Origin: Clostridiales bacterium
Lineage (GTDB): Bacteria; Bacillota; Clostridia; Lachnospirales; UBA12420
Reading direction: 5' to 3'
Assembly: GCA_003452395.1 (NCBI GenBank)
Contig: DMOI01000041.1
Span: forward strand, 8,362-72,361
Length of the DNA: 64,000 nt
Below the pieces are notes generated by a model. The model did not search any database and was not told where the DNA came from. It was given only the letters and a program-made list of their open reading frames with translations. Position numbers and translations under genes: made by a program. Below are positions 19,475-29,394 of the stretch, one piece after another (positions within the stretch are counted from its first letter, which is position 1; every line of letters starts with the position of its first letter).

Positions 19475-20596
19475 TCATTCAAACAAAGCCTCCACAAATT
19501 GCTCCGCATCGAATTCTTGCAAATCTTCAATGCCTTCCCCAACCCCAATATACCTCACAGGAATACTGAGTTCCTTATTTATTGCCACCACAATACCACC
19601 CTTAGCAGTACCATCAAGCTTAGTAAGTATAAGTCCATCTATATCAACTATCTCCCCAAAAAGCTTCGCCTGTTGCAAAGCATTCTGCCCTGTAGTCGCA
19701 TCAAGTACAAGCAGCATCTCCTTCTGGGCTTCTGGATACTCCTTCTCTATTATCTTATATATCTTTTTCAATTCATCCATAAGGTTTTTCTTATTATGGA
19801 GTCTCCCCGCTGTATCACAAATCAACAAATCTATCTTCCTAGCCTTCGCAGCTGCTATCGCATCAAATACAACTGCCCCAGGATCTGCACCCTCTTTATG
19901 CTTTATTATATCTATATTTGCCCTATTAGCCCATTCCGCAAGCTGCTCTATCGCAGCGGCCCTAAATGTATCGGCAGCAGCCAGTAAAACCTTCTTTCCC
20001 TCTTTTCTATACTTACTTGCAAGCTTTCCAACGCTTGTTGTTTTCCCTGCTCCGTTTACACCAATTATAAGCATTACCTTTTTGCCTGTACCTTCATTTA
20101 TTTCTTTTTTATCAGAACCAATTAAGATCCTCACAATTTCTTCTTTAAGCAAACTTTTTATCTCACTTGGCTCCTTAAGTCTACCATCTTTCGCCTTTTG
20201 TCTCAAATCTGCTATTATATCAAGTGTCGCGGCAACACCGATATCTGCCATAATAAGCTGCTCCTCAAGCTCCTCGAAAAGTTCTTCATCAATCTTTGTA
20301 AAACCTTTTAGTACGTTATCTATATTACCTATTATGTTGCTCTTAGTTTTAGAAAGACCTTTAACTAACTTCTGAAAGAAATTTTCTTTCTTTTCTTCTA
20401 TCGTAACCTCTTCTTGCATTTCTTCTTGTATTTCTTCTATATTTCTTTCTTCAACTTTTATTTTATCCTCTACAATATCATGAGTTTTGTCCTCTACTTG
20501 TACTTCCTTTTTTTCTCCCTCATTCTCTTTCCAAGTCACTGGAATAATCTTTTTTTCTTCCTCTTTCTTCTTAAATATATTATCAAACAATCCCAT
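19475..20596 (-). CDS. ftsY: signal recognition particle receptor FtsY
   Basis: 373 aa: acidic N-terminal domain, GVNGAGKTTSVGKLA, DTAGRLHNK. Confidence 0.95.
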   Translation of the reverse strand: MGLFDNIFKKKEEEKKIIPVTWKENEGEKKEVQVEDKTHDIVEDKIKVEERNIEEIQEEMQEEVTIEEKKENFFQKLVKGLSKTKSNIIGNIDNVLKGFTKIDEELFEELEEQLIMADIGVAATLDIIADLRQKAKDGRLKEPSEIKSLLKEEIVRILIGSDKKEINEGTGKKVMLIIGVNGAGKTTSVGKLASKYRKEGKKVLLAAADTFRAAAIEQLAEWANRANIDIIKHKEGADPGAVVFDAIAAAKARKIDLLICDTAGRLHNKKNLMDELKKIYKIIEKEYPEAQKEMLLVLDATTGQNALQQAKLFGEIVDIDGLILTKLDGTAKGGIVVAINKELSIPVRYIGVGEGIEDLQEFDAEQFVEALFE

Positions 20597-20618
20597 TATT
20601 GTACCCCTTTCATCAATA

Positions 20619-20870
20619 TTAATTATACTTTTGCCAAACTTTTCTTATCAAACCCAAAGACTGCGTTGATAAGTAGAAACCTATTACTGGTATTAATGCA
20701 CTAAAAAATACATTCTGTGTATTTACACTTTTCATGAACATTACAGCAATTATGTAAGTTATAAAGCATATAAAAATCACCCTCGTCTTACTTGTCTCCC
20801 ATAACTTGTCCGTCTCTACTTTTTTATTCCTTTCTTCTATTATTAATATTCTTTTTTCTAAGTCTTTCAT
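20619..20870 (-). CDS. small two-TM membrane protein, hypothetical
   Basis: 83 aa, lying between smc and ftsY. SD-like GGAAGGG sits inside the smc 3' end. Confidence 0.4.
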   Translation of the reverse strand: MKDLEKRILIIEERNKKVETDKLWETSKTRVIFICFITYIIAVMFMKSVNTQNVFFSALIPVIGFYLSTQSLGLIRKVWQKYN

Positions 20871-20873
20871 CTT

Positions 20874-23800
20874 CTACCCTTCCACTTCCTCAAGCTTCAC
20901 CGAAATCACCTTACTGATTCCCTTCTCCTGCATCGTCACCCCATACAGGTAGTCCGAAATCTCCATCGTTCCCTTTCTATGAGTTATAACTAAAAATTGC
21001 GTATTCTTCGAGTAGTTTTTTATGTAGTTTGCATACCTCGTAACATTTGCGTCATCTAAGGCTGCCTCTATCTCGTCTAGCACGCAAAATGGTGATGGTC
21101 GTAGCTTTAATATCGCAAATAATAGTGAAATGGCTGTTAGTGCTTTTTCTCCGCCTGATAGTAGCATAATGTTTTGAAGATGCTTTCCTGGTGGCTCGAC
21201 AACTATTTCTATGCCTGATTCTAGTGTATTCTCTTCATTTACTAGTTTTAGATGGGCTCGACCTCCACCAAACATTTCTTTAAATATCTCATCAAAATTC
21301 TTATCTATTTCTTTAAATTCGTACTCAAATTGTTTTTGCATGGCTTGTAATAATTCTCTTATTATTTCTTCTAGTTTTTTCTCTGCCTTCTGTATGTCGT
21401 CTCGTTGATATACAAGAAAATCATACCTTTCCTTTATCGTCTTATATTGCTCTATCGCATCTAGGTTTACATTGCCAAGCCTTTCAATCTGTGATTTATA
21501 TTCTCTTATGCTTTCCTTTGCTTTATTATAGCTAAATTTATCATTTTCATGGGCTTTTGCCTCATCATATGTAAGTTTATATTTTTCAAACAACTGTTCT
21601 TCTATGTTTTCCATTTTTATTTTGTACTCTACGTTACTATTTTCAAGCTTGTATATCTTGTCTTGAGTTGCATTAATCTTAGTACTTAGCTCTATTATCT
21701 CTTCATCTGCTACTTTCATCTTATTTTCAAAATCGATAAAAGTTTTTCCATCTACTTCTGTTTTTTTAGATAGCCCTATAATAATATCTTTTTCTATCTG
21801 AATCTTTTGGATTAAAAGTTTCTTAGCTTCTACGTTCTTATCTATTAAAACATTATGACCTTCTATCTTTGTTTCCAACTCTTTTACTTCGTCAGCTATT
21901 CCCGAAACTTCCTGTTCTAGCCTGCTTTGTTCTTCTTTCCCTGTTGTATTTTTTTGCATGATTCCCGAAAGCTCTACTTTAATGGTAGTAATCTCTTCCG
22001 TTATATTAAATTTTGAGAGTTTCTCCGCATCAAGTGAGCTCCTATGTGTTTCTATCTTTTGTTTACTTTCCTCAATATTTTCTTCTACCTCTTTTACTTT
22101 CATTTCTTTATATTTAATTTCTTCCTCTATTTCAATAAGTTGTTTTTTTATGCTTGCCTTCTCGAGAGTACTCCTGCTATTTTTCTCTAAGCTATCGCTC
22201 TTTGCTCTTTCTATCATTTCATAATTATTTTTTATTTTCACAAGTTCATATTCTAGATTTTGAAGTTCTTTATTCTTTATTATTAATTCGCGTTCTTCTA
22301 ATTGTTTACTCTCTGTTACTTTTTTAATATCCTCATGTTGTCTATTTATGTCTACTTCAAGTTTTTCTATATTTACTTTTAACACTTCTATTTCACGACT
22401 ACGTGTAAAAAGATTTGCAGTATTTGAAGAAATACTTCCTCCTGTTACAGAACCCCCTGCATTAAACACTTCTCCCTCAAGAGTCACTACTTTATATGCA
22501 TATTTATACTTTTTAGCAAAGATTATAGCGTTTTCTATATTATCTATTACTATAGTTTTGCCTAACATACTATCTACTATGGAACTGTATATATCTTCAC
22601 ACGTTACAAAATCACTCAGAACTCCAAGTACACCTGCCTCTAGTAAAATGTTTTTTGCTAGACTCTTTCTCTCATTTGATTTTACAGAACTAATAGGTAA
22701 AAATGTGGCTCTTCCATGTTTGTTTTGTTTTAGAAAATCAATTACCTCTTTTGCAGTTTTTTCCTCATCTACAACTATATTTTGTACTCGTGCCCCAAGC
22801 GCCACATCCACCGCAATTTCATAGCCTTCATTAACATTAATAAGTTCGCCAAGCACGCCACATATACCTTTCCACTTTATTTCATTATTTTTCTTTAGCT
22901 CTAAAATGGTCTTTATGCTTTTACCATAACCTTCGTGGTGATTTTTCATATCAACGTATACATTATGTTTTGAGCGTATATTACTTAGATCTTTACTACT
23001 TTCTCTTTCCTTATTCTGCAGATTTATTATCTCTTTTGCATATTCAGTTTGTTTATTCGTAAGTTCTGATATCTTATCTCCTACATTTTTCTTTTGCAAA
23101 AGATATAAATCAAGTTGTTTTTTGTTTACTATGATTTCGTTATCTATTCCAAGGGCAGTCTTATCAGTATTTGCTATTTCACTTATAAGTGATGCCAGCT
23201 TTTCTTTCAAACTATCTACTACAAATATAAGTTTTTCTTTTTCAGTCTTTAAATCATACGACTTATTTATTTTATCTGCTATATCAGTTTTTATATTTTC
23301 CAAATCATTTTCTTTATCTTTTGTCGCAGTATCTAGCATTTCATAATGTTCTTGCTTTAGTAATAACAGTTGCTCCTTCTTTTCTATGTTAGATAAAATA
23401 ATTTTATATTCTGCACTAACCTTTGATAATAGTTCTTGCTTTAATTTTAATGCATCTAGGAGAGAATTTTTTCGTTCATTTAACTCCTTTATACCTGACT
23501 GTGCATTATTTATTTTTTCTTCTATTATTTTGGTTTCTCCATCTTTTCTCTCAACTTCAAGCTCCAAATGTGAAAGCTCTCTTTTTTTATTTTCCATTTC
23601 TTCTTTTACTTTATTATGCTCTTCATACAACTTAGTCTTGTCCGATTTTACTTGCAAAAGCTTATCACTTGCACCCACATTTTCCTTTTTTAAAGCGTCT
23701 TCCTTACCTTCTATATTATCTACCTGCTCTTTAGCTTTTTTATAATCATATATGTATATATTTAACTCATCTTCTTCTAGCTTTTCTTTAATAATCAGAT

Positions 23801-24443
23801 ACTTCTCGGCCTTCTCTGATTGCTCACACAAAGGTTCTATTTGATTCGTGAGTTCTGACACAATATCATTAACTCGAGTTAGATTTTGCTTTTCTTCATC
23901 TAGCTTCTTTTCAGTATCCTTAAGCCTTATCCTATACTTACTTATACCCGTAGCTTCCTCAAAAAAGCTCCTACGTTCAGCAGGCTTGTTATTGAGAATC
24001 TCATCTATTTTACCTTGCCCTATTATTGAATATCCTTCTTTACCTATTCCCGTATCGTAAAAAAGGTCATAGATATCCTTGAGTCTACACGCAGAGTCAT
24101 TAATTAAATACTCAGCTTCTCCAGATCTATAAACTCGCCTTTTAATCTCAACCTCGTTAAACTCAGTATTTAATTTACCTTGCGAATTATCGATATGCAT
24201 GCATACCTCAGCCATACCAAGTGGTTTTCGAGTTTGTGTACCAGAGAATACTATCTCATCCATCTTTGCACCACGCAAAGATTTCGCACTCTGCTCACCC
24301 AAAACCCATCTTATAGCATCTGCGATATTTGATTTTCCACTTCCATTTGGTCCAACTATGCACGTTATTCCATCATCAAATTCTAGATTAAGTTTATCCG
24401 CAAAAGATTTAAAACCTTTTATCTCAAGTCGTTTTAGTTTCAA
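20874..24443 (-). CDS. smc: chromosome segregation protein SMC
   Basis: 1189 aa. N-terminal GPNGSGKSN, a long coiled coil and hinge, C-terminal LSGGEKALTAISLLFA and VLDEIEAALD. Confidence 0.97.
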   Translation of the reverse strand: MKLKRLEIKGFKSFADKLNLEFDDGITCIVGPNGSGKSNIADAIRWVLGEQSAKSLRGAKMDEIVFSGTQTRKPLGMAEVCMHIDNSQGKLNTEFNEVEIKRRVYRSGEAEYLINDSACRLKDIYDLFYDTGIGKEGYSIIGQGKIDEILNNKPAERRSFFEEATGISKYRIRLKDTEKKLDEEKQNLTRVNDIVSELTNQIEPLCEQSEKAEKYLIIKEKLEEDELNIYIYDYKKAKEQVDNIEGKEDALKKENVGASDKLLQVKSDKTKLYEEHNKVKEEMENKKRELSHLELEVERKDGETKIIEEKINNAQSGIKELNERKNSLLDALKLKQELLSKVSAEYKIILSNIEKKEQLLLLKQEHYEMLDTATKDKENDLENIKTDIADKINKSYDLKTEKEKLIFVVDSLKEKLASLISEIANTDKTALGIDNEIIVNKKQLDLYLLQKKNVGDKISELTNKQTEYAKEIINLQNKERESSKDLSNIRSKHNVYVDMKNHHEGYGKSIKTILELKKNNEIKWKGICGVLGELINVNEGYEIAVDVALGARVQNIVVDEEKTAKEVIDFLKQNKHGRATFLPISSVKSNERKSLAKNILLEAGVLGVLSDFVTCEDIYSSIVDSMLGKTIVIDNIENAIIFAKKYKYAYKVVTLEGEVFNAGGSVTGGSISSNTANLFTRSREIEVLKVNIEKLEVDINRQHEDIKKVTESKQLEERELIIKNKELQNLEYELVKIKNNYEMIERAKSDSLEKNSRSTLEKASIKKQLIEIEEEIKYKEMKVKEVEENIEESKQKIETHRSSLDAEKLSKFNITEEITTIKVELSGIMQKNTTGKEEQSRLEQEVSGIADEVKELETKIEGHNVLIDKNVEAKKLLIQKIQIEKDIIIGLSKKTEVDGKTFIDFENKMKVADEEIIELSTKINATQDKIYKLENSNVEYKIKMENIEEQLFEKYKLTYDEAKAHENDKFSYNKAKESIREYKSQIERLGNVNLDAIEQYKTIKERYDFLVYQRDDIQKAEKKLEEIIRELLQAMQKQFEYEFKEIDKNFDEIFKEMFGGGRAHLKLVNEENTLESGIEIVVEPPGKHLQNIMLLSGGEKALTAISLLFAILKLRPSPFCVLDEIEAALDDANVTRYANYIKNYSKNTQFLVITHRKGTMEISDYLYGVTMQEKGISKVISVKLEEVEG

Positions 24444-24569
24444 AATAATTCATTCCCTTCTCAAATTAATCCGTCTACCTCATCATTTATCCTCTTAAAA
24501 AATTCAACCATATAATTATGCCTTTCCTCTGCTATTTTCTTGCCTTCTTTTGCTAAATCTCCTATTTGC

Positions 24570-24875
24570 TCATCTCTCAAACACGACTTTACCCACCCTA
24601 TCAATATGTTCCTTTAAATCCTTATTGCTAATAGTTTCATAATTCACAATGTCAAACAGGTATGGCATTGGGCTTTCTTCTTCTAAAATAGTATGAAGCC
24701 TTGCTACTGTCCCAAATGAAATGCTATCCCCAAATATAGCAATGTCAATATCTGATCCTTGCTTATAGTTCCCTTTTGCACGCGAACCGAATATAACAGC
24801 TTTTTTTATTTCTTCGAACTGTGCAATTTTTTCTGTTATGAATTTTGTATCATCTTCTCTAAGTCCAAAATTCAT
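24570..24875 (-). CDS. mntA: minimal nucleotidyltransferase (MNT/MntA-like, type VII antitoxin candidate)
   Basis: 101 aa. GSRAKGNYKQGSDIDIAIF matches the GSxxxGxxxxxSDxD NTase motif. Overlaps the HEPN gene by 4 nt. Confidence 0.8.
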   Translation of the reverse strand: MNFGLREDDTKFITEKIAQFEEIKKAVIFGSRAKGNYKQGSDIDIAIFGDSISFGTVARLHTILEEESPMPYLFDIVNYETISNKDLKEHIDRVGKVVFER

Positions 24876-25267
24876 AGCAGTTCACCCATCTTTATATAAA
24901 GTTCATTTAGTATTACGTAGTAATTATTTCTAATCAACTCTTCTGCTTGATTAATCAAATTTTCATCATAAGTATGTGCCATTAAATTTCTTTTTTCTAG
25001 TGCATCAATCCACGCATGTCCATCCATTACAAGACTAGACTGAAATGCAGATTGTATTGTTTCTCTCGGACTTTTTACTTCAAATCCCTGTTCCTCAAGG
25101 TAATCTTTCATGGTCTTCCATCCAAGTTCAAATGTGTACTCAAAACATTGCACAAGTCCTTGCTTTTCAAATTTATTTAGTTCAGGTTTCTCAACAAATT
25201 CAGTTAATTGTGTAATCGCCTTTTTGAAATTGCCAAATCTTTGTTTCCACCTAATATCTTCTTTCAT
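24872..25267 (-). CDS. hepT: HI0074-family HEPN protein (HepT-like toxin candidate)
   Basis: 131 aa. FEYTFELGWKTMKDYL and RNLMAHTY (Rx4HxY HEPN motif). Confidence 0.8.
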   Translation of the reverse strand: MKEDIRWKQRFGNFKKAITQLTEFVEKPELNKFEKQGLVQCFEYTFELGWKTMKDYLEEQGFEVKSPRETIQSAFQSSLVMDGHAWIDALEKRNLMAHTYDENLINQAEELIRNNYYVILNELYIKMGELL

Positions 25268-25273
25268 AAGCTA

Positions 25274-25984
25274 TCACTCCTCCAGTATCTTAAAATTCTC
25301 CAACGCTTCTTTTGCTGCGTTTTGCTCTGCTTCTTTCTTAGATTTTCCTGTTCCAATTCCAATAACTTCATTACCATGCATAACTTGTGATACAAACTCT
25401 TTGTCATGTGCGGGACCTTTTTCTTTTATAATATTATATTCTATTTTTTTATTGCTTTTCTTTTGCAGTATCTCTTGCAGTCGAGTTTTTTCATCATTTA
25501 TACTAAAGTTAAAATCAACCTTTTCAATTATATACTCTTCTACAAATTTTTTTACCACACTATAACCACCATCTAGGTAAATAGCTCCTACTAAAGCCTC
25601 AAGGGCATCAGCAAGAATAGATGGTTTATTTCTTCCTCCACCTAGATTTTCACCTTTTGCTAGATATATATAGTTTCCAAGATTTATTTTTTTAGCAAGT
25701 CTAGCAAGAGTCGATTCACAAACCCCATTTGAACGCATTTTAGTAAGCTGACCCTCAGGCACATCTGTGTATTTACTATACAAATATTCACTAACAATAA
25801 TTTCGAGCACAGCATCCCCTAAAAACTCAAGTCGCTCGTTGCTCTCAAATTTCGCCCCATTATTTTTGGCATCATTAACATAAGACCTATGCATCAAGGC
25901 TTTCTTTAAAAGTGTAGTATCCTTAAATTTATATCCTATTTTTTCTTCTAAAACATCTTTTTTTTCGTCTGTTTTTGATGTCAT
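25274..25984 (-). CDS. rnc: ribonuclease III
   Basis: ERLEFLGDAVLE signature and a C-terminal dsRBD (KSKKEAEQNAAKEAL). The ORF is open to 26098, but that would overlap plsX by 74 nt, so I prefer the ATG at 25984 (MTSKTDEKKDVLEEKIGYKF). Confidence 0.9.
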   Translation of the reverse strand: MTSKTDEKKDVLEEKIGYKFKDTTLLKKALMHRSYVNDAKNNGAKFESNERLEFLGDAVLEIIVSEYLYSKYTDVPEGQLTKMRSNGVCESTLARLAKKINLGNYIYLAKGENLGGGRNKPSILADALEALVGAIYLDGGYSVVKKFVEEYIIEKVDFNFSINDEKTRLQEILQKKSNKKIEYNIIKEKGPAHDKEFVSQVMHGNEVIGIGTGKSKKEAEQNAAKEALENFKILEE

Positions 25985-26024
25985 CTTCTTTATTTTATCA
26001 ATTATATTATCTATTTGCTTCAAA

Positions 26025-27050
26025 TCACTCACCCTTTTCTTCTTCCTTATCGTTCTCCATCTTTTTAGCAATTTCATTTGCAATATCTTGTTCAACAAAT
26101 TTTACACATTGATTTAATGCCGCCTGTATATCACTTGCTTTAGAACTTCCATGCGCCTTTACAACTAGATTTTCAAGCCCCAGAAGTGGAGCTCCACCGT
26201 ATTCCGAATAATCAAAAATTTTCTTTATATTTTTAAAAGCACCTATGGCAAACAATGCCCCTATTTTAGACATTATGCTGCTATTTAGCTCTTTTTTAAT
26301 AAGTCCGAATATATCTTTCACTAAACCTTCACTATGCTTTAAAATAATATTTCCAACAAAAGCATCGCAAACTATTATGTCTGCTTCCCCTCTAAATATA
26401 TTTCTTGCTTCCAAGTTTCCTGTAAAATTTAAGTCAGAATCCTTTAAAAGTTTAAAAGACTCGCGCACTAGCTCATTTCCTTTTTTATCTTCTGTTCCTA
26501 TATTTACAAGCCCTACTCTAGGCTCTTTTACACCGACTACATTTCTAAAATATATCGACCCCATTTGGGCAAATTGTTTTAAATAAATCGGCTTCGCATC
26601 TACATTCGCTCCAACATCTATAAGTAAAGAGATACCATTAAGTGTAGGAAACATACAAGCAAGTGCAGGCCTTTTTACACCTTTGATCCTACCCACTATA
26701 AGCGTACTACCTGCAACAAGAGCGCCTGTGTTACCAGCAGATATAAAAGCATCAATCTTTTTTTCTTTCAACATATATAATCCTATAACCATTGAAGATT
26801 GTTTTTTAGTTTTTATAGCTTCAGTTGGAGAATCATCATTAGATATGATTTCCGATGCATCTACTACATCTATCATATCCTGCGAATACTTATATTGTAA
26901 AAGTTGACTATATATTAGATCTGCCTTACCAACCAATATTACCTTTACCTTATTTTTATTAATAAATTCAACTACTCCTTTTACAATCTCTGTTGGTGCA
27001 TTATCTCCACCCATTGCATCAACAGCAATCTTTATTTCACTTATATTCAT
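26025..27050 (-). CDS. plsX: phosphate acyltransferase PlsX
   Basis: 341 aa. IAVDAMGGDNAP N-terminus and GAPLLGL...VVKAHGSS. Confidence 0.95.
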   Translation of the reverse strand: MNISEIKIAVDAMGGDNAPTEIVKGVVEFINKNKVKVILVGKADLIYSQLLQYKYSQDMIDVVDASEIISNDDSPTEAIKTKKQSSMVIGLYMLKEKKIDAFISAGNTGALVAGSTLIVGRIKGVKRPALACMFPTLNGISLLIDVGANVDAKPIYLKQFAQMGSIYFRNVVGVKEPRVGLVNIGTEDKKGNELVRESFKLLKDSDLNFTGNLEARNIFRGEADIIVCDAFVGNIILKHSEGLVKDIFGLIKKELNSSIMSKIGALFAIGAFKNIKKIFDYSEYGGAPLLGLENLVVKAHGSSKASDIQAALNQCVKFVEQDIANEIAKKMENDKEEEKGE

Positions 27051-27099
27051 TATATCACCCCTATGTTTTACTATTCTATCCCTAATAACTTATTATAGC

Positions 27100-27147
27100 A
27101 TATATAGAAAAAAATTCAAGCACAGCTTGAATTTTTTTCTATATATG
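27100..27147 (-). terminator. perfect 22-bp hairpin between the small ORF and plsX
   Basis: CATATATAGAAAAAAATTCAAG-cacag-CTTGAATTTTTTTCTATATATG. Confidence 0.7.
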
Positions 27148-27157
27148 TGGCTTTTTG

Positions 27158-27328
27158 TTACATTAACGCATCTTCTAATTTGTCTAAATGCTCAATTGGA
27201 AAATGTTTCAAAAGCTGTTTATACTGATTTTGTGTAAGTCCTTCTAAGGTAGTATAAATTTTTATTTTTCCATCTATATCTGCATTTTGAAACTCCTCAC
27301 TTACTTCTCTAAATTCCTTAGTATCCAT
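27158..27328 (-). CDS. small hypothetical protein (56 aa, below the track cutoff)
   Basis: My translation: MDTKEFREVSEEFQNADIDGKIKIYTTLEGLTQNQYKQLLKHFPIEHLDKLEDALM. Strong SD AAGGAGAAATAT-ATG, followed by the 27100-27147 hairpin. Confidence 0.45.
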   Translation of the reverse strand: MDTKEFREVSEEFQNADIDGKIKIYTTLEGLTQNQYKQLLKHFPIEHLDKLEDALM

Positions 27329-27449
27329 ATATTTCTCCTTTCCAGTGTTTTTTTTTATAATTTGAGATTGTGATATTGCTTTTTTATGCTTTTTCTATTA
27401 TAATAAATTAGTTGAGATTTATTATAGTTTATTTATGGGGGATAGATAG

Positions 27450-28766
27450 ATGTTAAAACGACATAAGTTATTTATATGTTTATTTATAATGTTCATTTTT
27501 TTACTTAATATTATTGTTTCTCATGCTGAGAATAATATACCAACAATTTCAGCTGAATCAGCAATCGTTTACTGTATAAATACAAAACAAATATTATATG
27601 AAAAAAATATATATGAAAAACACTTTCCTGCTAGCATAACAAAAGTAATGACGGCACTGCTAGCTATCGAGAATAATAAACTCGATGATAGAATTACTTA
27701 TTCAAGTACTGCAGTCAACTCTATAGACCGTAATAGTAGCCATCTTTGGGTTGTTGCTGATGAGCAAATTACAGTGGAAAATTCACTTTATGGTCTACTC
27801 ATGAAATCTGCAAATGAAATGGCAAATGGTTTGGCAGAGAAAACAAGCGGTTCGATATCCGAATTTGTAAATTTGATGAATAAAAAAGCAAATGATTTAG
27901 GTTGCATAAATACTCATTTTGAGAATACAAATGGGCTACCAAATGATAATCATTATACCACTGCTTACGATATGGCTCTCATTTCTGCTGAGGCATTTAA
28001 GAGTTCTACTTTTAGAGAAATTATAGGAACTACAATTCATACAATTCCACCTACAAATAGAAACGTAGAACGTGTAATTGGGAATTCACATAAAATGCTT
28101 TTAAATACTAAGTATCATTATGATTACTGTTTAGGTGGGAAAACTGGTTACACTGTTGTCGCTGGACATACATTAGTAACCTATGCAGAAAAGGATGGTA
28201 TGCAGCTTATCTCTGTCTTACTAAAATCAGATAAAGAAAATCTATATCTTGATGCCACAAAGACACTTGATTATGCTTTTAATAACTACAAGCTTATAAC
28301 ACTTACTGAACAAAATAAAGCAATAAAAAAATTACCTGTTTTTCAAGGTAATAAAATAAAAGATAATATATCCGCTCTTAGCTCTCAAAAGTTTGTATTT
28401 GCAGTACCTTCGGATTACATTGAATCTGACATACGAGTAGAGCACAGTATACCTGAACAATTTAAAGAAACTGTAGCTAAAGGTGTGAAACTAGGAACTA
28501 TAAAGTACTATTACAAAAACAATGTAATAGCCTACACAGATTTAGTTTCTGATAAAACAGTTGAAATCAAACCATCAATCTTTGATTTTAAAGATGGGTT
28601 ATTTTTAGGACTTATAGGGTTAGTAATTGCACTGGTCATGCTTATATTGAAAATCTTATTAACACTTGTTTTAATAATTATTCTACTTATTATTGTTGCT
28701 AAAATGTTTAAATTTAAGATAAAAGTTAAAAGAAAAAGGAAAAATAATGCTATACTAAAAGATTAG
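27450..28766 (+). CDS. serine-type D-Ala-D-Ala carboxypeptidase (PBP5/DacB-like) with C-terminal membrane anchor
   Basis: 438 aa: signal peptide, SITK (SxxK), SAN (SxN) and KTG motifs, and a C-terminal TM helix plus basic tail. Confidence 0.85.
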   Translation: MLKRHKLFICLFIMFIFLLNIIVSHAENNIPTISAESAIVYCINTKQILYEKNIYEKHFPASITKVMTALLAIENNKLDDRITYSSTAVNSIDRNSSHLWVVADEQITVENSLYGLLMKSANEMANGLAEKTSGSISEFVNLMNKKANDLGCINTHFENTNGLPNDNHYTTAYDMALISAEAFKSSTFREIIGTTIHTIPPTNRNVERVIGNSHKMLLNTKYHYDYCLGGKTGYTVVAGHTLVTYAEKDGMQLISVLLKSDKENLYLDATKTLDYAFNNYKLITLTEQNKAIKKLPVFQGNKIKDNISALSSQKFVFAVPSDYIESDIRVEHSIPEQFKETVAKGVKLGTIKYYYKNNVIAYTDLVSDKTVEIKPSIFDFKDGLFLGLIGLVIALVMLILKILLTLVLIIILLIIVAKMFKFKIKVKRKRKNNAILKD

Positions 28767-28773
28767 TATAGCA

Positions 28774-29376
28774 TTATTTTTTTGAGTACCACTCATATGC
28801 TTCTTTCGTCAGATAACATAATTTCAGTTTTCTTTCTTCCACGTATTTTATCGTTCTCTCTAATATAAAACCAACAGCTTTATCTAAATCTTCGCATGCA
28901 AGCTTTCTTCCTTCTTCTAGATATCCATACTCTTCTCTACCGGGTTCAATAGCATCTGCTAAATAAACTATTTTCTCAAGTACTGTCATATCTGGTTTTC
29001 CTGTCGTATGATATTTTATAGCACCCAGTATTTCTTCATCTTCTATGCCATACTCTATTTTAGCTACAAATACCCCTAGAAAACTATGAATTACTTTAAG
29101 GTGTTTTAATATATCATAATCTAATTTTATATCATGCTTTCTTGCAAAATCCTCGTATTTATAAAATTTTGCACAGTCATGTAACAATGCTGCTACCCTC
29201 GCCTTTTCTACATCCGCACCATACATCTTAGCTAGCTTTTCGGCAGTTTCTACCACACCGAGAGTATGTGTAAATCTTTTTTCAGCATATGCTACATCTT
29301 CAGGCGACTTACCTCTTGTAAAGTTTTCATGTAATTGTTGTTTAAGTTGTTCAAAGTTATAGTTTGTATTCGACAT
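28774..29376 (-). CDS. yqeK: HD-domain bis(5'-nucleosyl)-tetraphosphatase YqeK
   Basis: 200 aa. RFTHTLGV...ALLHDCAK...YLADAIEPGR. Confidence 0.8.
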   Translation of the reverse strand: MSNTNYNFEQLKQQLHENFTRGKSPEDVAYAEKRFTHTLGVVETAEKLAKMYGADVEKARVAALLHDCAKFYKYEDFARKHDIKLDYDILKHLKVIHSFLGVFVAKIEYGIEDEEILGAIKYHTTGKPDMTVLEKIVYLADAIEPGREEYGYLEEGRKLACEDLDKAVGFILERTIKYVEERKLKLCYLTKEAYEWYSKK

Positions 29377-29394
29377 GTTGTTCCTCCTATCATC

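Noticed and set aside
19530-20375. 281-aa plus-strand ORF, and similar antisense ORFs inside secD (13377..13976), rny (10401..10898), smc and the other large genes
   Set aside because: Each lies fully inside a well-supported minus-strand gene, has low-complexity Ser/Phe/Leu/Ile-rich translation and has no SD.
24444-24569. Short open frame (…IGDLAKEGKKIAEERHNYMVEFFKRINDEVDGLI*) between the MNT gene and smc
   Set aside because: It is about 45 codons with no ATG or SD. It is possibly a gene remnant, but this cannot be supported.
26025-26098. 74-nt overlap of the rnc ORF with plsX
   Set aside because: It is most simply explained by an upstream in-frame ATG. RNase III homology begins near the ATG at 25984, so there is no real overlap.
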